64,000 nucleotides of DNA, from assembly GCA_902527995.1 (NCBI GenBank), contig CABZRA010000003.1, positions 3,716 through 67,715 of the forward strand, given 5' to 3'. The notes below the pieces were generated by a model. That model was not told the DNA's origin, did not search any database, and saw nothing but the letters and a program-made list of their open reading frames with translations. Positions 18,332 through 28,555 of the stretch are shown here, piece after piece. The stretch is from an uncultured SAR86 cluster bacterium (GTDB lineage: Bacteria > Pseudomonadota > Gammaproteobacteria > Magnimaribacterales > AG-339-G14). The position numbers and the translations under genes are program-made. Every line of letters begins with the position of its first letter. The first letter of the stretch is position 1.

Positions 18332-18890
18332 CTTTAAATTTTATGTTAAACAACTTCAGAAAATCTAGGGTGAAAGCTAATGTTAATCCCCAAATTTCAT
18401 GATTTTCGTAAATTATAACAGGTGTATCAAAGGTCTCCCCTTTAAAATTAGTAACTCCATTTTTAATCAAAGGTTTATTTTTGAAAAAAGACAGAGGTAA
18501 ATGAAATATATCAGCTACTTCATCTGGATTTGGTTCTAATTCAAAGTTTTCTTCTAAAATTCCAACAAATGGTGTCACACTCAATCCAAATCTAGACTCA
18601 AGAGGATCAAGCTGTCCAAGTATTTCTACTTTAGCTGGATCAATAGAAATTTCCTCTGAAGCTTCGCGCAAAGCTGTTTGCTTTAAATTCTTGTCTTGCT
18701 TCTCTCTTTTTCCTCCAGGAAAAGCAACTTCCCCTGGGTGACTAGGCAAAGAATTTGATCTTTCAGTCATAACGAAAAATAAATCGTCATCCTTTTCATA
18801 ACATAAAATCAAAACTGCAGCTTGAGGTAAGTTCTCATCAGGGCTTTTCGGAGTGAAATCTAACAGTCGATTGGTTAAAGCTTGTATCAT
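18312..18890 (-). CDS. NUDIX hydrolase, CoA pyrophosphatase type (NudL-like)
   Basis: 192 aa. Nudix box GGKREKQDKNLKQTALREASEEISI preceded by HPGEVAFPGG, typical of CoA pyrophosphatases. Confidence 0.75.
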   Translation of the reverse strand: MIQALTNRLLDFTPKSPDENLPQAAVLILCYEKDDDLFFVMTERSNSLPSHPGEVAFPGGKREKQDKNLKQTALREASEEISIDPAKVEILGQLDPLESRFGLSVTPFVGILEENFELEPNPDEVADIFHLPLSFFKNKPLIKNGVTNFKGETFDTPVIIYENHEIWGLTLAFTLDFLKLFNIKFKDDLQIR

Positions 18891-18948
18891 TTACTTATAC
18901 CTTACATCAATTATACTTTGCTTCCTGTTATAAATATCGAGTTCTAAT

Positions 18949-19485
18949 TTGAATTATTGTCCAGTTTGTGGCTCCTCAGAAATTTCTTTAAAGATACCTG
19001 ATGGAGACAATAGAGAAAGATATGTCTGCAGTAGTTGCGGAACGATTCACTATTCTAATCCTAACGTCGTTGTTGGAACGATACCTTCTTATGAGGACAA
19101 GATACTTTTGTGCAAGAGAGGAATCGAACCAAGATATGGACTTTGGACGCTTCCAGCAGGTTTTTTGGAAAATGGTGAAAGTCTTTCGGATGGCGCTAAA
19201 AGAGAAACTGAAGAGGAGACTCAAGCCATTGTAGAAATGGGAATGATTTATACAATTTTTAATATCCCTCAAATAAACCAAGTTTATGTAATTCATCTAG
19301 CTAAATTAAAAGATTTAAATTTTGGACCAACTTCAGAAAGCTTAGACGTTCAATTGTTTAAAAAAGACAAGATACCTTATGATGAGCTTGCATTTCCTTT
19401 CGTTTCGAAAACTATTAATTACTTTTTTGATGACTATAAATCTAAAAAATTTTCATTAAGAGTGGAAGATATTATTAGAAGATGA
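18949..19485 (+). CDS. NUDIX hydrolase with N-terminal zinc ribbon
   Basis: 178 aa with a TTG start. CPVCGS...CSSCG zinc ribbon, then Nudix box GFLENGESLSDGAKRETEEETQ. Confidence 0.8.
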   Translation: MNYCPVCGSSEISLKIPDGDNRERYVCSSCGTIHYSNPNVVVGTIPSYEDKILLCKRGIEPRYGLWTLPAGFLENGESLSDGAKRETEEETQAIVEMGMIYTIFNIPQINQVYVIHLAKLKDLNFGPTSESLDVQLFKKDKIPYDELAFPFVSKTINYFFDDYKSKKFSLRVEDIIRR

Positions 19486-19486
19486 A

Positions 19487-22400
19487 TTAAAAATATTTTC
19501 TTGCGTTGAGAAACATTTTTATCCATGGAGAGAATCCTTCATTACCCAGGTTTGTCCATGATAATTGAGCGTTCAAAAAGGCCCTTTCTGGATGGGGCAT
19601 CATAATGGTTGCTCTTCCGTCTTCAGAACAAACTGAGGTAATTCCTTTCAAAGTGCCATTTGGATTATTTGGATAGCTTTCAGTTGATTTTCCTTCAGCA
19701 TCTACATAAGACATCACAACCTGATCATTTTTTATTTTTCTTGAACTAGTAAAATCCATCCTTCCTTCACCATGAGCTACCGGAATCAAAAGACGAGAGT
19801 CTTGCATGTCTTCAAAAAGTAATGACCTAGATTTATGAATCTTGACTTGAGTTAATCTTGCCTCAAATTGACCAGAAATGTTATTGGTTAATATTGGCCA
19901 GAAACTTGTTCCAGGAATAATTTCTTTTAAATTAGACATAACTTGGCAGCCATTACAAACACCAAATGAAAAAGTATCAGGTCTGTTGAAAAATTCCTCG
20001 AATTGATCTTTAAGAAAAGAATTCATCAAAATCGAACTAGCCCAACCACGACCTGCACCTAAAACATCTCCAAAAGAAAACCCACCTGGAAAAACAATTC
20101 CCTGAAAACTTTTCAAAGTTAAATTTTTTTCGATTAAATCATTCATGTGTAAATCTGTCACATCAAAACCTACTTTTTCTAAAGCAGCTGCCATTTCAAT
20201 TTGACCATTGACTCCTTGTTCTCTCACAACCGCTAAATTAGGTTTATTTTTAAAATTTAAGCTTTTGGGAACTTCGAAATTGAATGACTGATGCAAAATT
20301 ATTTTATTCCTATTTAAATAAGATGCCTGTTCTTCTTCTGCGCAATTCGGATTATCTCTTAATTTCTTAATTTCTGAGGAAACCTTAGACCAATGTTTCA
20401 TTAATACATTAAAATCAATTTTTTCTTTGAAAGTTTTTGATTTTATTGACAAGTGATCATGCTTATTTGTCTTTCCAATGAGGTAGACCTTGTAAAAATT
20501 AATTATGTTTAATTGATCTTTTAAATCCAAGAAGTCCTTATTAGTCATTTGCATCACTAGTCCAGGTTCTTCAGAAAATAAGATTTTTTTTAGTTCGCTC
20601 TCATCCAAATCAAAATTTATGTCAACGCCAAGATTGCTTGCAAACATCATTTCAGTTACCGAAGTTACTAAACCTCCATCAGATATATCATGAAGAGCTA
20701 TTATTTTTTCATTCTTTATAAATTCACAAATTAAATTGTAGACTTTAGGAAAAAGACTAATCTCTTCTATATCGGGACACTCATTAAAATCTTTATCTAT
20801 TACTTGACTCAAGACAGACCCCCCAAGTCGCATTTCATGTGACCCAAAGTTTATTCTCATCAAAATCAAATCTTCATCATCACTCATCATAGGCGTTATG
20901 GACTTAGTTACTTCCTTGATAGGTGCAAAAGCAGAGATAATTAATGACTCTGGACTTGTATTTTTATGACCCATCCATTTAGTTTCCATCGATAGAGAAT
21001 CTTTGCCTACTGGAATAGTTAAATTCCAAGATTTACAAATGTCTTGACTAATCGTCCTTACCGTTTCGAATAAATTTGAATTTGCCTCTAGATTATTTGG
21101 ACTAGCCATCCAATTTGCAGAAAGTTTTATAGAAGAAAGGTTGGTTACCCCGCTCGAGATTAAGTTTAGGACAGCTTCCGTAATAGCCAACCTACCCGCT
21201 GCTTGAGGATTGATTAGAGCAACAGGAGATTTTTCTCCCATAGACATAGCTTCTCCAGTGATTTCACCATAATTTGTCATTGTGATTGCATTGTCAGAAA
21301 CGGGGATTTGCAAAGGTCCAATCATTTGATCTCTGAAAGTTAATCCGCCTACATTCCTGTCGCCGATAGTTATTAAAAAATTTTTCCTTGCTACAGTTGG
21401 ATGTCTCAAGACCGAAAGAATTTCATTTTTTATATTAAAATCATTTTCTTTAGATCTGCTCTGGTCGATTTTTTTAACTTCAATTTGTTCTCTAAAAAGC
21501 TCCTTATTGGCACCAAAAATAAATTTCATTTCTAAGTCAATTATTGGCTCCTTTTTGGTTGGATCTTTGACTAAAAGTTTTAGTTTTTCAGTGAAATTTC
21601 CAACAACTGCATAAGGGCAATTTTCTCGTCTACATATTTCTTCAAAAGTCTTAAAATTTTCAATTTCTATTGCTAGTACATATCTTTCCTGAGATTCATT
21701 ACACCAAATTTCCATATCACTCATGGATTTATCAGCTGAAGGAATTTTCGAAAAATCTATTTCTGCTCCAAATCCACAATCATTGATTAGTTCGGGTAAT
21801 GCATTAGAAAGTCCGCCAGCACCAACATCGTGGATAAAACTTATTGGATTCTCATCGCCCAACTGCCAGCTCTGATCAATAACTTCTTGGCATCTTCTTT
21901 GCATTTCGGGATTCGATCTTTGAACAGAAGCAAAATCTAAAGCTTCATCAGAATTTCCAGATTCTGTAGATGAAGCCGATCCTCCACCCAAGCCAATTAA
22001 ATATCCTGGGCCTCCAATAACTACAATTTTTGCATCAACAGATACCTTTTTTTTATTTGTATGCATCGGGCGAATGTTTCCCAATCCTCCAGCAATCATA
22101 ATTGGTTTATGAAATCCAAAGTGTGCTTTAGTTTTGTAATCAAATTTTTCAAACGATCTAAAATATCCAAGAATATTTGGTCTTCCAAATTCATTATTGA
22201 ACGATGCAGCACCAATAGGTCCCTCAATCATGATCTCTAAAGGTGAAGCAATTCTTTCAGGTTTAAATTCTTTTCCTTCCCAATTTTCTGTTGAATTTGG
22301 AATTCTCAAATTTGAAACAGAAAAACCACATAATCCAGCCTTGGGTTTTGCTCCAATTCCAGTAGCGCCTTCATCTCTAATTTCACCTCCTGAACCAGTT

Positions 22401-23350
22401 GCAGCTCCGGGGAAAGGTGCTATAGCTGTAGGATGATTATGAGTTTCAACCTTGATACAAAAATTATTTTTCTCTTTAAAATATTTATACTTTTTTGTGC
22501 CAGGTTGAGGAAAAAATCTTGAATTACCATATCCTTCAATCACCGCAGCATTGTCACTATATGCTGAAAGAACACTTTTAGAATAATTTTTGTAAGTATC
22601 TTTAATCATAGAAAATAATGATGAGGATTTCTTTTTAGAATCTTGATTTATCCATTGAGAATTGAATATTTTGTGACGACAATGTTCAGAATTAATTTGC
22701 GAAAACATCATCAATTCAGAGTCCTTAATTCTCTTTGAGCGATTTTTTAATCCTTCGTAAAGGTAAGCTAGTTCGAAATCATTTAAGCCAAGACTTAAAG
22801 ATTCATTTGTTATTGAAAAATTCTCTATTGAAGAATTGCTTGTTTCTAAAGTTTTTTTCTTGGGTTGCGTAGAGAATAAATCTGATACCGTTTCAGCCTT
22901 GGTGATAACAGTTTCTACAAGAGGGTCATGTAAAAGACTTAAATCTAGAACGTCTAAATTATCTTGCTCGCTAAAAGTGTAACAGTTTACCTTTTCAATA
23001 TTTTTAATGTATATGCCGCATTTACTAAAAATATCACTTACTTTAGATGCCCAAGGAGATTGAATACCTATCTTAGGAGTAACAATTATGTCATTTAAAA
23101 ATTTAATTTCTTCATTTTTTGCATTTAATAATTTAAGAATTTTTTCTTGTTCAGATTGAAGAAGTTGTTGCCACGGATGATGTGTTTCAATAATAAAAAT
23201 GTCATTTACTTCAATTAAAGAAAAATTTGATTTTGAAAGAATTTCGATTTTTTTCTCTAATTTAAAGTCAGATAAAGAAGAAGAGCCTAAAATTCCAATC
23301 AAATTGGGCTTAAATTCAAAAATATTTTGCATGCTTCTATCAGAAGACAA
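19487..23350 (-). CDS. purL: phosphoribosylformylglycinamidine synthase, single-chain large form
   Basis: 1287 aa. ETHNHPTAIAPFPGAATGSGGEIRDE, and a C-terminal glutaminase domain with GVCNGCQ and HPER. Confidence 0.97.
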   Translation of the reverse strand: MSSDRSMQNIFEFKPNLIGILGSSSLSDFKLEKKIEILSKSNFSLIEVNDIFIIETHHPWQQLLQSEQEKILKLLNAKNEEIKFLNDIIVTPKIGIQSPWASKVSDIFSKCGIYIKNIEKVNCYTFSEQDNLDVLDLSLLHDPLVETVITKAETVSDLFSTQPKKKTLETSNSSIENFSITNESLSLGLNDFELAYLYEGLKNRSKRIKDSELMMFSQINSEHCRHKIFNSQWINQDSKKKSSSLFSMIKDTYKNYSKSVLSAYSDNAAVIEGYGNSRFFPQPGTKKYKYFKEKNNFCIKVETHNHPTAIAPFPGAATGSGGEIRDEGATGIGAKPKAGLCGFSVSNLRIPNSTENWEGKEFKPERIASPLEIMIEGPIGAASFNNEFGRPNILGYFRSFEKFDYKTKAHFGFHKPIMIAGGLGNIRPMHTNKKKVSVDAKIVVIGGPGYLIGLGGGSASSTESGNSDEALDFASVQRSNPEMQRRCQEVIDQSWQLGDENPISFIHDVGAGGLSNALPELINDCGFGAEIDFSKIPSADKSMSDMEIWCNESQERYVLAIEIENFKTFEEICRRENCPYAVVGNFTEKLKLLVKDPTKKEPIIDLEMKFIFGANKELFREQIEVKKIDQSRSKENDFNIKNEILSVLRHPTVARKNFLITIGDRNVGGLTFRDQMIGPLQIPVSDNAITMTNYGEITGEAMSMGEKSPVALINPQAAGRLAITEAVLNLISSGVTNLSSIKLSANWMASPNNLEANSNLFETVRTISQDICKSWNLTIPVGKDSLSMETKWMGHKNTSPESLIISAFAPIKEVTKSITPMMSDDEDLILMRINFGSHEMRLGGSVLSQVIDKDFNECPDIEEISLFPKVYNLICEFIKNEKIIALHDISDGGLVTSVTEMMFASNLGVDINFDLDESELKKILFSEEPGLVMQMTNKDFLDLKDQLNIINFYKVYLIGKTNKHDHLSIKSKTFKEKIDFNVLMKHWSKVSSEIKKLRDNPNCAEEEQASYLNRNKIILHQSFNFEVPKSLNFKNKPNLAVVREQGVNGQIEMAAALEKVGFDVTDLHMNDLIEKNLTLKSFQGIVFPGGFSFGDVLGAGRGWASSILMNSFLKDQFEEFFNRPDTFSFGVCNGCQVMSNLKEIIPGTSFWPILTNNISGQFEARLTQVKIHKSRSLLFEDMQDSRLLIPVAHGEGRMDFTSSRKIKNDQVVMSYVDAEGKSTESYPNNPNGTLKGITSVCSEDGRATIMMPHPERAFLNAQLSWTNLGNEGFSPWIKMFLNARKYF

Positions 23351-23384
23351 TATTATAAATCAAGATTAAGTTTTATGGCCTTTG

Positions 23385-25382
23385 TTAAGCTGCAAACAGC
23401 TTATTTTTTAAAGAAGAAATTTTATCTCTCAGATTTGCAGCTTCTTCGAATTCTAACTTGCTTGCGTGATCTAACATTAACTTTTCTAAAGAGTCTATTT
23501 TTTCTGCTAACTCTTTAGGTGATAGATATTCCTCTTCAAATTTTTTATCGACTTCTTCGATGAACTGTTTTTTAGTTAGATTCTTTGACCCTTCCATTAC
23601 ATCCATAATCGGTCTGAATATTCCTTTGGGCTTTATTTTATGTTTCTTATTAAAAGCAATTTGTTTTTTTCTTCTTTCGTTGGTGGTTTCAATTGTTCTT
23701 TTCATTGAACCTGTTTCTTTATCTCCATATAAGATAGCGTGACCATTTATGTGTCTTGCTGCTCTGCCTATAGTTTGTATTAAAGAGGTATCAGATCTAA
23801 GAAATCCTTCCTTATCTGCATCAAGAATTGCAACCAGAGAAACTTCAGGTAAATCTAAACCTTCTCGCAATAAATTAATGCCAACCAAAACGTCAAAATT
23901 TCCTAACCTTAAATCTCTTAAAATTTCTGATCTTTCAACTGTGTCAATATCTGAATGAAGATATTTAACATTTATGTCTTTTTCGAAGAGGTACTGAGCT
24001 AGGTCCTCTGCCATCCTTTTTGTTAAGACAGTAACTAAAACTCTTTCTTTTCTATTTGTTCTCTCATAAATTTCAGATATTAAATCATCAACTTGGTTAA
24101 CTGCTGGTCTTATTTCTAACGTGGGATCAAGTAATCCAGTTGGTCTGACGATTAGATCGACCATTTGATCCAAATTATCGTTTTCATATTCTCCTGGAGT
24201 AGCTGAAACAAAAATCTTTTGACCAGATAGGATTTCCCATTCATCAAATCTCAATGGTCTATTATCTAAAGCACTTGGTAATCTAAACCCATACTCTGTT
24301 AAAGTTTCTTTTCTCGATCGGTCTCCCCTATACATTCCTCTTATTTGGGGCAAAGATACGTGTGACTCATCCACGAAAACCAAGGCATCTTTGGGCAAAT
24401 ATTCATACAAAGTTGGAGGTGCCTCGCCTTTTTTTCTCCCCGATAAATATCTCGAGTAATTTTCAATTCCGGAACAGAAACCAAGCTCTTTGATCATCTC
24501 CATATCGTATTTTGTACGTTCTTCAATTCTTTGAGCTTCTATTAATTTCTCATTTTTTTTAAAATATCTAACTCTATCTTTCATTTCTGATCTGATTTTT
24601 TCAACTGCGCTAAGCATGACGTCACGAGAAGTCACATAATGAGTTTTAGGAAAAATTGTTACTCTTGGAACATCTCTAATTATTTCTCCAGTCAATGGAT
24701 CAAAAAATTTAAGAGATTCTATTTCTGTATCAAATAATTCGATTCTTAAAGCCTCAAAATCTGATTCAGCAGGAAATACATCGATAACATCTCCTTTTAC
24801 TCTGTAAGTTGCTCTTTTAAATTCTGTGTCATTTCTCGTATATTGAAGTTCTGCTAGTCGCATAAGTAAAACTTTCATATCGATTTCATCGCCTCGATCA
24901 AGATGTAATACCATTTTTAAATAAGACTTAGGATCGCCTAATCCATATATTGCTGAAACAGAGGCAACAATTATTACGTCTCTTCGTTCCATAATTGCTT
25001 TTGTTGCCGACAAACGCATCTGTTCAATGTGTTCATTTATTGAAGCATCTTTCTCGATAAAGGTATCCGAGGTAGGCACATATGCCTCAGGCTGGTAGTA
25101 ATCGTAATAAGAAACAAAATATTCAACTGAATTTTCAGGAAAAAATTCCTTAAATTCACCATAAAGTTGGGCTGCTAAAGTTTTGTTGTGAGCCATGACA
25201 ATTGCTGGTCTTTGGACTTCTTGAATTATATTAGCCATTGCAAAAGTCTTTCCCGAGCCAGTCACTCCGCGCAAAGTTTGATTTAAAAGGCCAGAATTTA
25301 AACCTTCTACAATTTTATTAATTGCATTGGGTTGATCGCCAGCAGGTTTGAAGTCAGATTTGATATTAAATGATTTAGTCAT
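23385..25382 (-). CDS. uvrB: excinuclease ABC subunit B
   Basis: 665 aa. Walker [13 protein letters not shown] box, helicase motif TIGRAARH, and the C-terminal UVR domain [12 protein letters not shown]. Confidence 0.97.
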   Translation of the reverse strand: MTKSFNIKSDFKPAGDQPNAINKIVEGLNSGLLNQTLRGVTGSGKTFAMANIIQEVQRPAIVMAHNKTLAAQLYGEFKEFFPENSVEYFVSYYDYYQPEAYVPTSDTFIEKDASINEHIEQMRLSATKAIMERRDVIIVASVSAIYGLGDPKSYLKMVLHLDRGDEIDMKVLLMRLAELQYTRNDTEFKRATYRVKGDVIDVFPAESDFEALRIELFDTEIESLKFFDPLTGEIIRDVPRVTIFPKTHYVTSRDVMLSAVEKIRSEMKDRVRYFKKNEKLIEAQRIEERTKYDMEMIKELGFCSGIENYSRYLSGRKKGEAPPTLYEYLPKDALVFVDESHVSLPQIRGMYRGDRSRKETLTEYGFRLPSALDNRPLRFDEWEILSGQKIFVSATPGEYENDNLDQMVDLIVRPTGLLDPTLEIRPAVNQVDDLISEIYERTNRKERVLVTVLTKRMAEDLAQYLFEKDINVKYLHSDIDTVERSEILRDLRLGNFDVLVGINLLREGLDLPEVSLVAILDADKEGFLRSDTSLIQTIGRAARHINGHAILYGDKETGSMKRTIETTNERRKKQIAFNKKHKIKPKGIFRPIMDVMEGSKNLTKKQFIEEVDKKFEEEYLSPKELAEKIDSLEKLMLDHASKLEFEEAANLRDKISSLKNKLFAA

Positions 25383-25415
25383 TGCTCTATTTTTTGCCTA
25401 TAATACACCTCATTT

Positions 25416-25491
<76 letters not shown>

Positions 25492-25500
25492 AAAATTATA

Positions 25501-26217
25501 ATGCCTCTATATAATAAAGATAGTCTTGATCCTTACAAACTTAGTAGAGCTAGAATAGAAAATTTTTGTAATTGTCCTAAATGCTTTTACCGAGAAGAAA
25601 AACTTGGCATAAGCAAACCAAGTTCGTTTCCTTTTAATTTGAATAACGCAGTTGATGAATTACTTAAAGAAGAATTTGATAAATACAGAAATTCTAGTGA
25701 TAACCATCCTTATATTAAAGAGGCTGGCATAGATGCCAAACCTTTCAGTCATCCTGAAATAGAGGACTGGAGAACTAGAAATAAAGGAGTGAGTTATCTA
25801 GACGAAGAAACAAATTTTTACATTTTTGGTTTACTTGATGACGTGTGGATTAATACTAAAACAGACCAATTAATAGTTGTGGACTACAAAGCAACTTCAA
25901 AGGATGGAGAAGTATCTTTAGATGCACCCTGGCAAATTTCATACAAAAGACAGGTTGAAATTTATCAATGGCTTTTAAGAAAAAATGGGTTTGACGTCCA
26001 AGACACAGCATATTTTGTTTACTGTAATGCCATTAGAAAAAATATACCTTTTGAAAATAAATTGCATTTTAAAATTAAACTCATAGGTTATAAGGGAGAT
26101 GATTCATGGATTCCGAGTACAATAAAAAAAATGAAAATTTGTTTAGATTCGGACAAAGCACCAAGTTCAAGTAAAGATTGTGAATATTGTAGATATGTAA
26201 TTAAAGCAAACTTATAA
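25501..26217 (+). CDS. PD-(D/E)XK nuclease, Cas4/RecB-like, with terminal Cys clusters
   Basis: 238 aa. N-terminal S-x2-R-x3-F-CNCPKCFY, acidic GLLDDVWI, VVDYKATS ((D/E)-x-K), the QVEIYQW (Q-x3-Y) motif, and C-terminal CEYCRY. Confidence 0.65.
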   Translation: MPLYNKDSLDPYKLSRARIENFCNCPKCFYREEKLGISKPSSFPFNLNNAVDELLKEEFDKYRNSSDNHPYIKEAGIDAKPFSHPEIEDWRTRNKGVSYLDEETNFYIFGLLDDVWINTKTDQLIVVDYKATSKDGEVSLDAPWQISYKRQVEIYQWLLRKNGFDVQDTAYFVYCNAIRKNIPFENKLHFKIKLIGYKGDDSWIPSTIKKMKICLDSDKAPSSSKDCEYCRYVIKANL

Positions 26218-26219
26218 AA

Positions 26220-27158
26220 ATGGAATTTCTTTTACCAGCATTGTTTCTATTTATTGGATTAATTTTATTAGTCAAAGGAGCTGATTTATTTATCGATAAT
26301 ATTTCAAATTTAGGTAAAAAAATTGGTTTAAGTGACATGTTTCTTGGAATCACAGTTGTTGCGCTTGGAACTTCCATTCCTGAGGTTTTCGTGAGCATTT
26401 CATCTGTAGTGAATTTAAAGCCAGAGATAGCGATGGGAAATTCAATTGGTTCGAATATTGCTAATTTAGGAATTGTCTTTGGATTTACTTGTTTTTTTAT
26501 TTCTAAGTCGTCTATCACACTTAATTTGAGAGATATTTTTTTATTGTTCTTAACAACATTACTTGCCGGATACGTACTTTTCGATTACAAAATATCTTCT
26601 AGTGATTCAATATTGATGATTGGATTGTTCATATTATTTGTTTTACATTTAATGCGTCAAAAACCTCAAGAGGAATTAGCTACCCCAATTTCAAAAAGCA
26701 CTTTCTCCTTAATCTTGTTTTCAACCTTAAGTTTAATCCTTTTGTTATTAGGATCTGAACTAACTGTAAATTATGGATCAAGATTAGCATCCCTAATCGG
26801 AATATCAGATACAGTAGTTGGGTTAACAATGGTCGCCATAGGTACCAGTCTTCCAGAACTTGCTACCTCATTTTCTGCTTTGAAACAAAAAAAGGGAAAC
26901 CTTGTTATTGGAAACATAGTTGGATCAAATATTCTCAACGTCGTTTTAGTTTTCCCAATAATTGGTTTAAGTATAGTAAAAGTTTTTGAGGCTGATATTT
27001 TAACAAGGGATTATTTGATGATGGCTATTTTGACTGCCATATTCATTACTTATTTAAGTTTAGGAACTTTTGAAAGCACTTTCAAAAGGAAAACTGCGCC
27101 AGTAATAGGAGCTTTTCTTTTATGCTTTACTATGTACTATTTTTATCGGCTTTTTTAG
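26220..27158 (+). CDS. Ca2+/cation antiporter (CaCA, YrbG-type sodium/calcium exchanger)
   Basis: 312 aa polytopic membrane protein with two alpha-repeats: GTSIPEVFVSI...GNSIGSNIANLG and GTSLPELATS...GNIVGSNILNV. Confidence 0.88.
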   Translation: MEFLLPALFLFIGLILLVKGADLFIDNISNLGKKIGLSDMFLGITVVALGTSIPEVFVSISSVVNLKPEIAMGNSIGSNIANLGIVFGFTCFFISKSSITLNLRDIFLLFLTTLLAGYVLFDYKISSSDSILMIGLFILFVLHLMRQKPQEELATPISKSTFSLILFSTLSLILLLLGSELTVNYGSRLASLIGISDTVVGLTMVAIGTSLPELATSFSALKQKKGNLVIGNIVGSNILNVVLVFPIIGLSIVKVFEADILTRDYLMMAILTAIFITYLSLGTFESTFKRKTAPVIGAFLLCFTMYYFYRLF

Positions 27159-28527
27159 ATTTTTTTCTAACCCAAGAAGTCTTATCAGCCTCGTCTTCTA
27201 AAACAACCCCTTTTTCCAGTAATTGATCCCTAATATCATCGGCTTTTTGAAAATCTTTATTAAGTCTGGCATCATTTCTTTCTAGAACATACCTCGCAAT
27301 TTCATCTTCGCTTATGTCATTTGGAAGTGAGTATTTAAAATAATTTTCTACTGTATCGTTTAATAACCCAATAGCTTGTGAGAGCTCTCTTAAGCTAAAC
27401 TTTAGGACCTCCATTTCTTCTGAAGACTTCGTTTTATTAATTTTTGGAACTAACTCTTGCAAAATTTTTATTGCTTTTGGAGTGTTGAAATCATCTTTCA
27501 GAGCCTCTTCAAATTTATTTTTATAATCTAAATCAATTTTTGTATCTGTAAAATCAGTATCTCTAAGACTTTCATAAAGTTTATCTAAAATATTTTTTGC
27601 TTCATTTATTGAATTAGCTGTGAAATTAATTGGTTTTCTATAATGAGTAAGATAAAAAAACATTCTCATGACTTCAGGATGAAACTCTTCTAAAACTTTT
27701 TTTATAGTGATGAAATTATTTAAAGATTTTGACATCTTTTTTCCATTTACATTTAAAGGAGCTACGTGCATCCAATAGTTAGCAAAGTTCTTTCCTGAGC
27801 AACACTCTGACTGAGCAATTTCATTTTCATGATGTGGAAATTTTAAATCCAGCCCTCCCCCATGAATATCAAAATTTTCACCTAAAAATTTTTTACTCAT
27901 TGCGGAACATTCAATATGCCATCCTGGCCTACCCCTTCCCCACTTAGAATCCCAATTTGGTTCTTCAGAAGTCTTTTTCCAAAGAACAAAGTCGTTAGGA
28001 TCATTTTTAAGCTTATCAACTTCAATTCTCACTCCAGCGTCTAATTCGTTTAAATTTCTCTTTGATAACTTTCCATAATCTTCATATGAATTTATATCAA
28101 AATAAACGTCTCCGCCTTCAACAGAGTATGCATAATTTTTAGACTCAAGAGTTTCTATCATTTCCAGTATTTCACTAATGTGATCTGAAGCTTTTGGTTC
28201 ATTATTAGGAGGCAGTAAACTTAATCTTTTGAAATCTTCGTTCATCGAAATAATAAATCTATTGGAGATTTCACTAAATTTAACTTTTTCTATTAAGGCC
28301 TTATCAATTATTTTGTCTTCAATATCAGTTATATTTCTAATGTAATTAACTTCATAACCTAAGAAAGAAAAAAACCTTACAAATAAGTCAAAGGTCAAAA
28401 AAGTCCTCGCATGGCCAATGTGACAATCGTCGTAAACTGTCATTCCACAAACGTATAAATTTATTTTGTCTTTATTTATTGAAATTAATTCTTCTTTTGT
28501 CGAGGAGAGACTATTAAAAATTTTCAT
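27130..28527 (-). CDS. cysS: cysteine--tRNA ligase
   Basis: 465 aa. HIGH motif (CHIGHARTF), KMSKS, and the WHIECS zinc site. The C-terminal Lys-rich tail overlaps the convergent antiporter gene by 29 nt. Confidence 0.96.
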   Translation of the reverse strand: MKIFNSLSSTKEELISINKDKINLYVCGMTVYDDCHIGHARTFLTFDLFVRFFSFLGYEVNYIRNITDIEDKIIDKALIEKVKFSEISNRFIISMNEDFKRLSLLPPNNEPKASDHISEILEMIETLESKNYAYSVEGGDVYFDINSYEDYGKLSKRNLNELDAGVRIEVDKLKNDPNDFVLWKKTSEEPNWDSKWGRGRPGWHIECSAMSKKFLGENFDIHGGGLDLKFPHHENEIAQSECCSGKNFANYWMHVAPLNVNGKKMSKSLNNFITIKKVLEEFHPEVMRMFFYLTHYRKPINFTANSINEAKNILDKLYESLRDTDFTDTKIDLDYKNKFEEALKDDFNTPKAIKILQELVPKINKTKSSEEMEVLKFSLRELSQAIGLLNDTVENYFKYSLPNDISEDEIARYVLERNDARLNKDFQKADDIRDQLLEKGVVLEDEADKTSWVRKKSKKADKNST

Positions 28528-28555
28528 CTATTATTCTTAATTAAGGGTATTATAC

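Noticed and set aside
23327-23518. 63-aa plus-strand ORF across the purL/uvrB junction.
   Set aside because: It overlaps the 5' end of purL and the 3' end of uvrB on the opposite strand. The real intergenic gap is only 34 nt and there are no supporting signals.
25383-25415. Expected LexA box upstream of uvrB.
   Set aside because: There is no CTGT-N8-ACAG in the 33-nt spacer. The only CTGT nearby is the tRNA-Asn anticodon loop.
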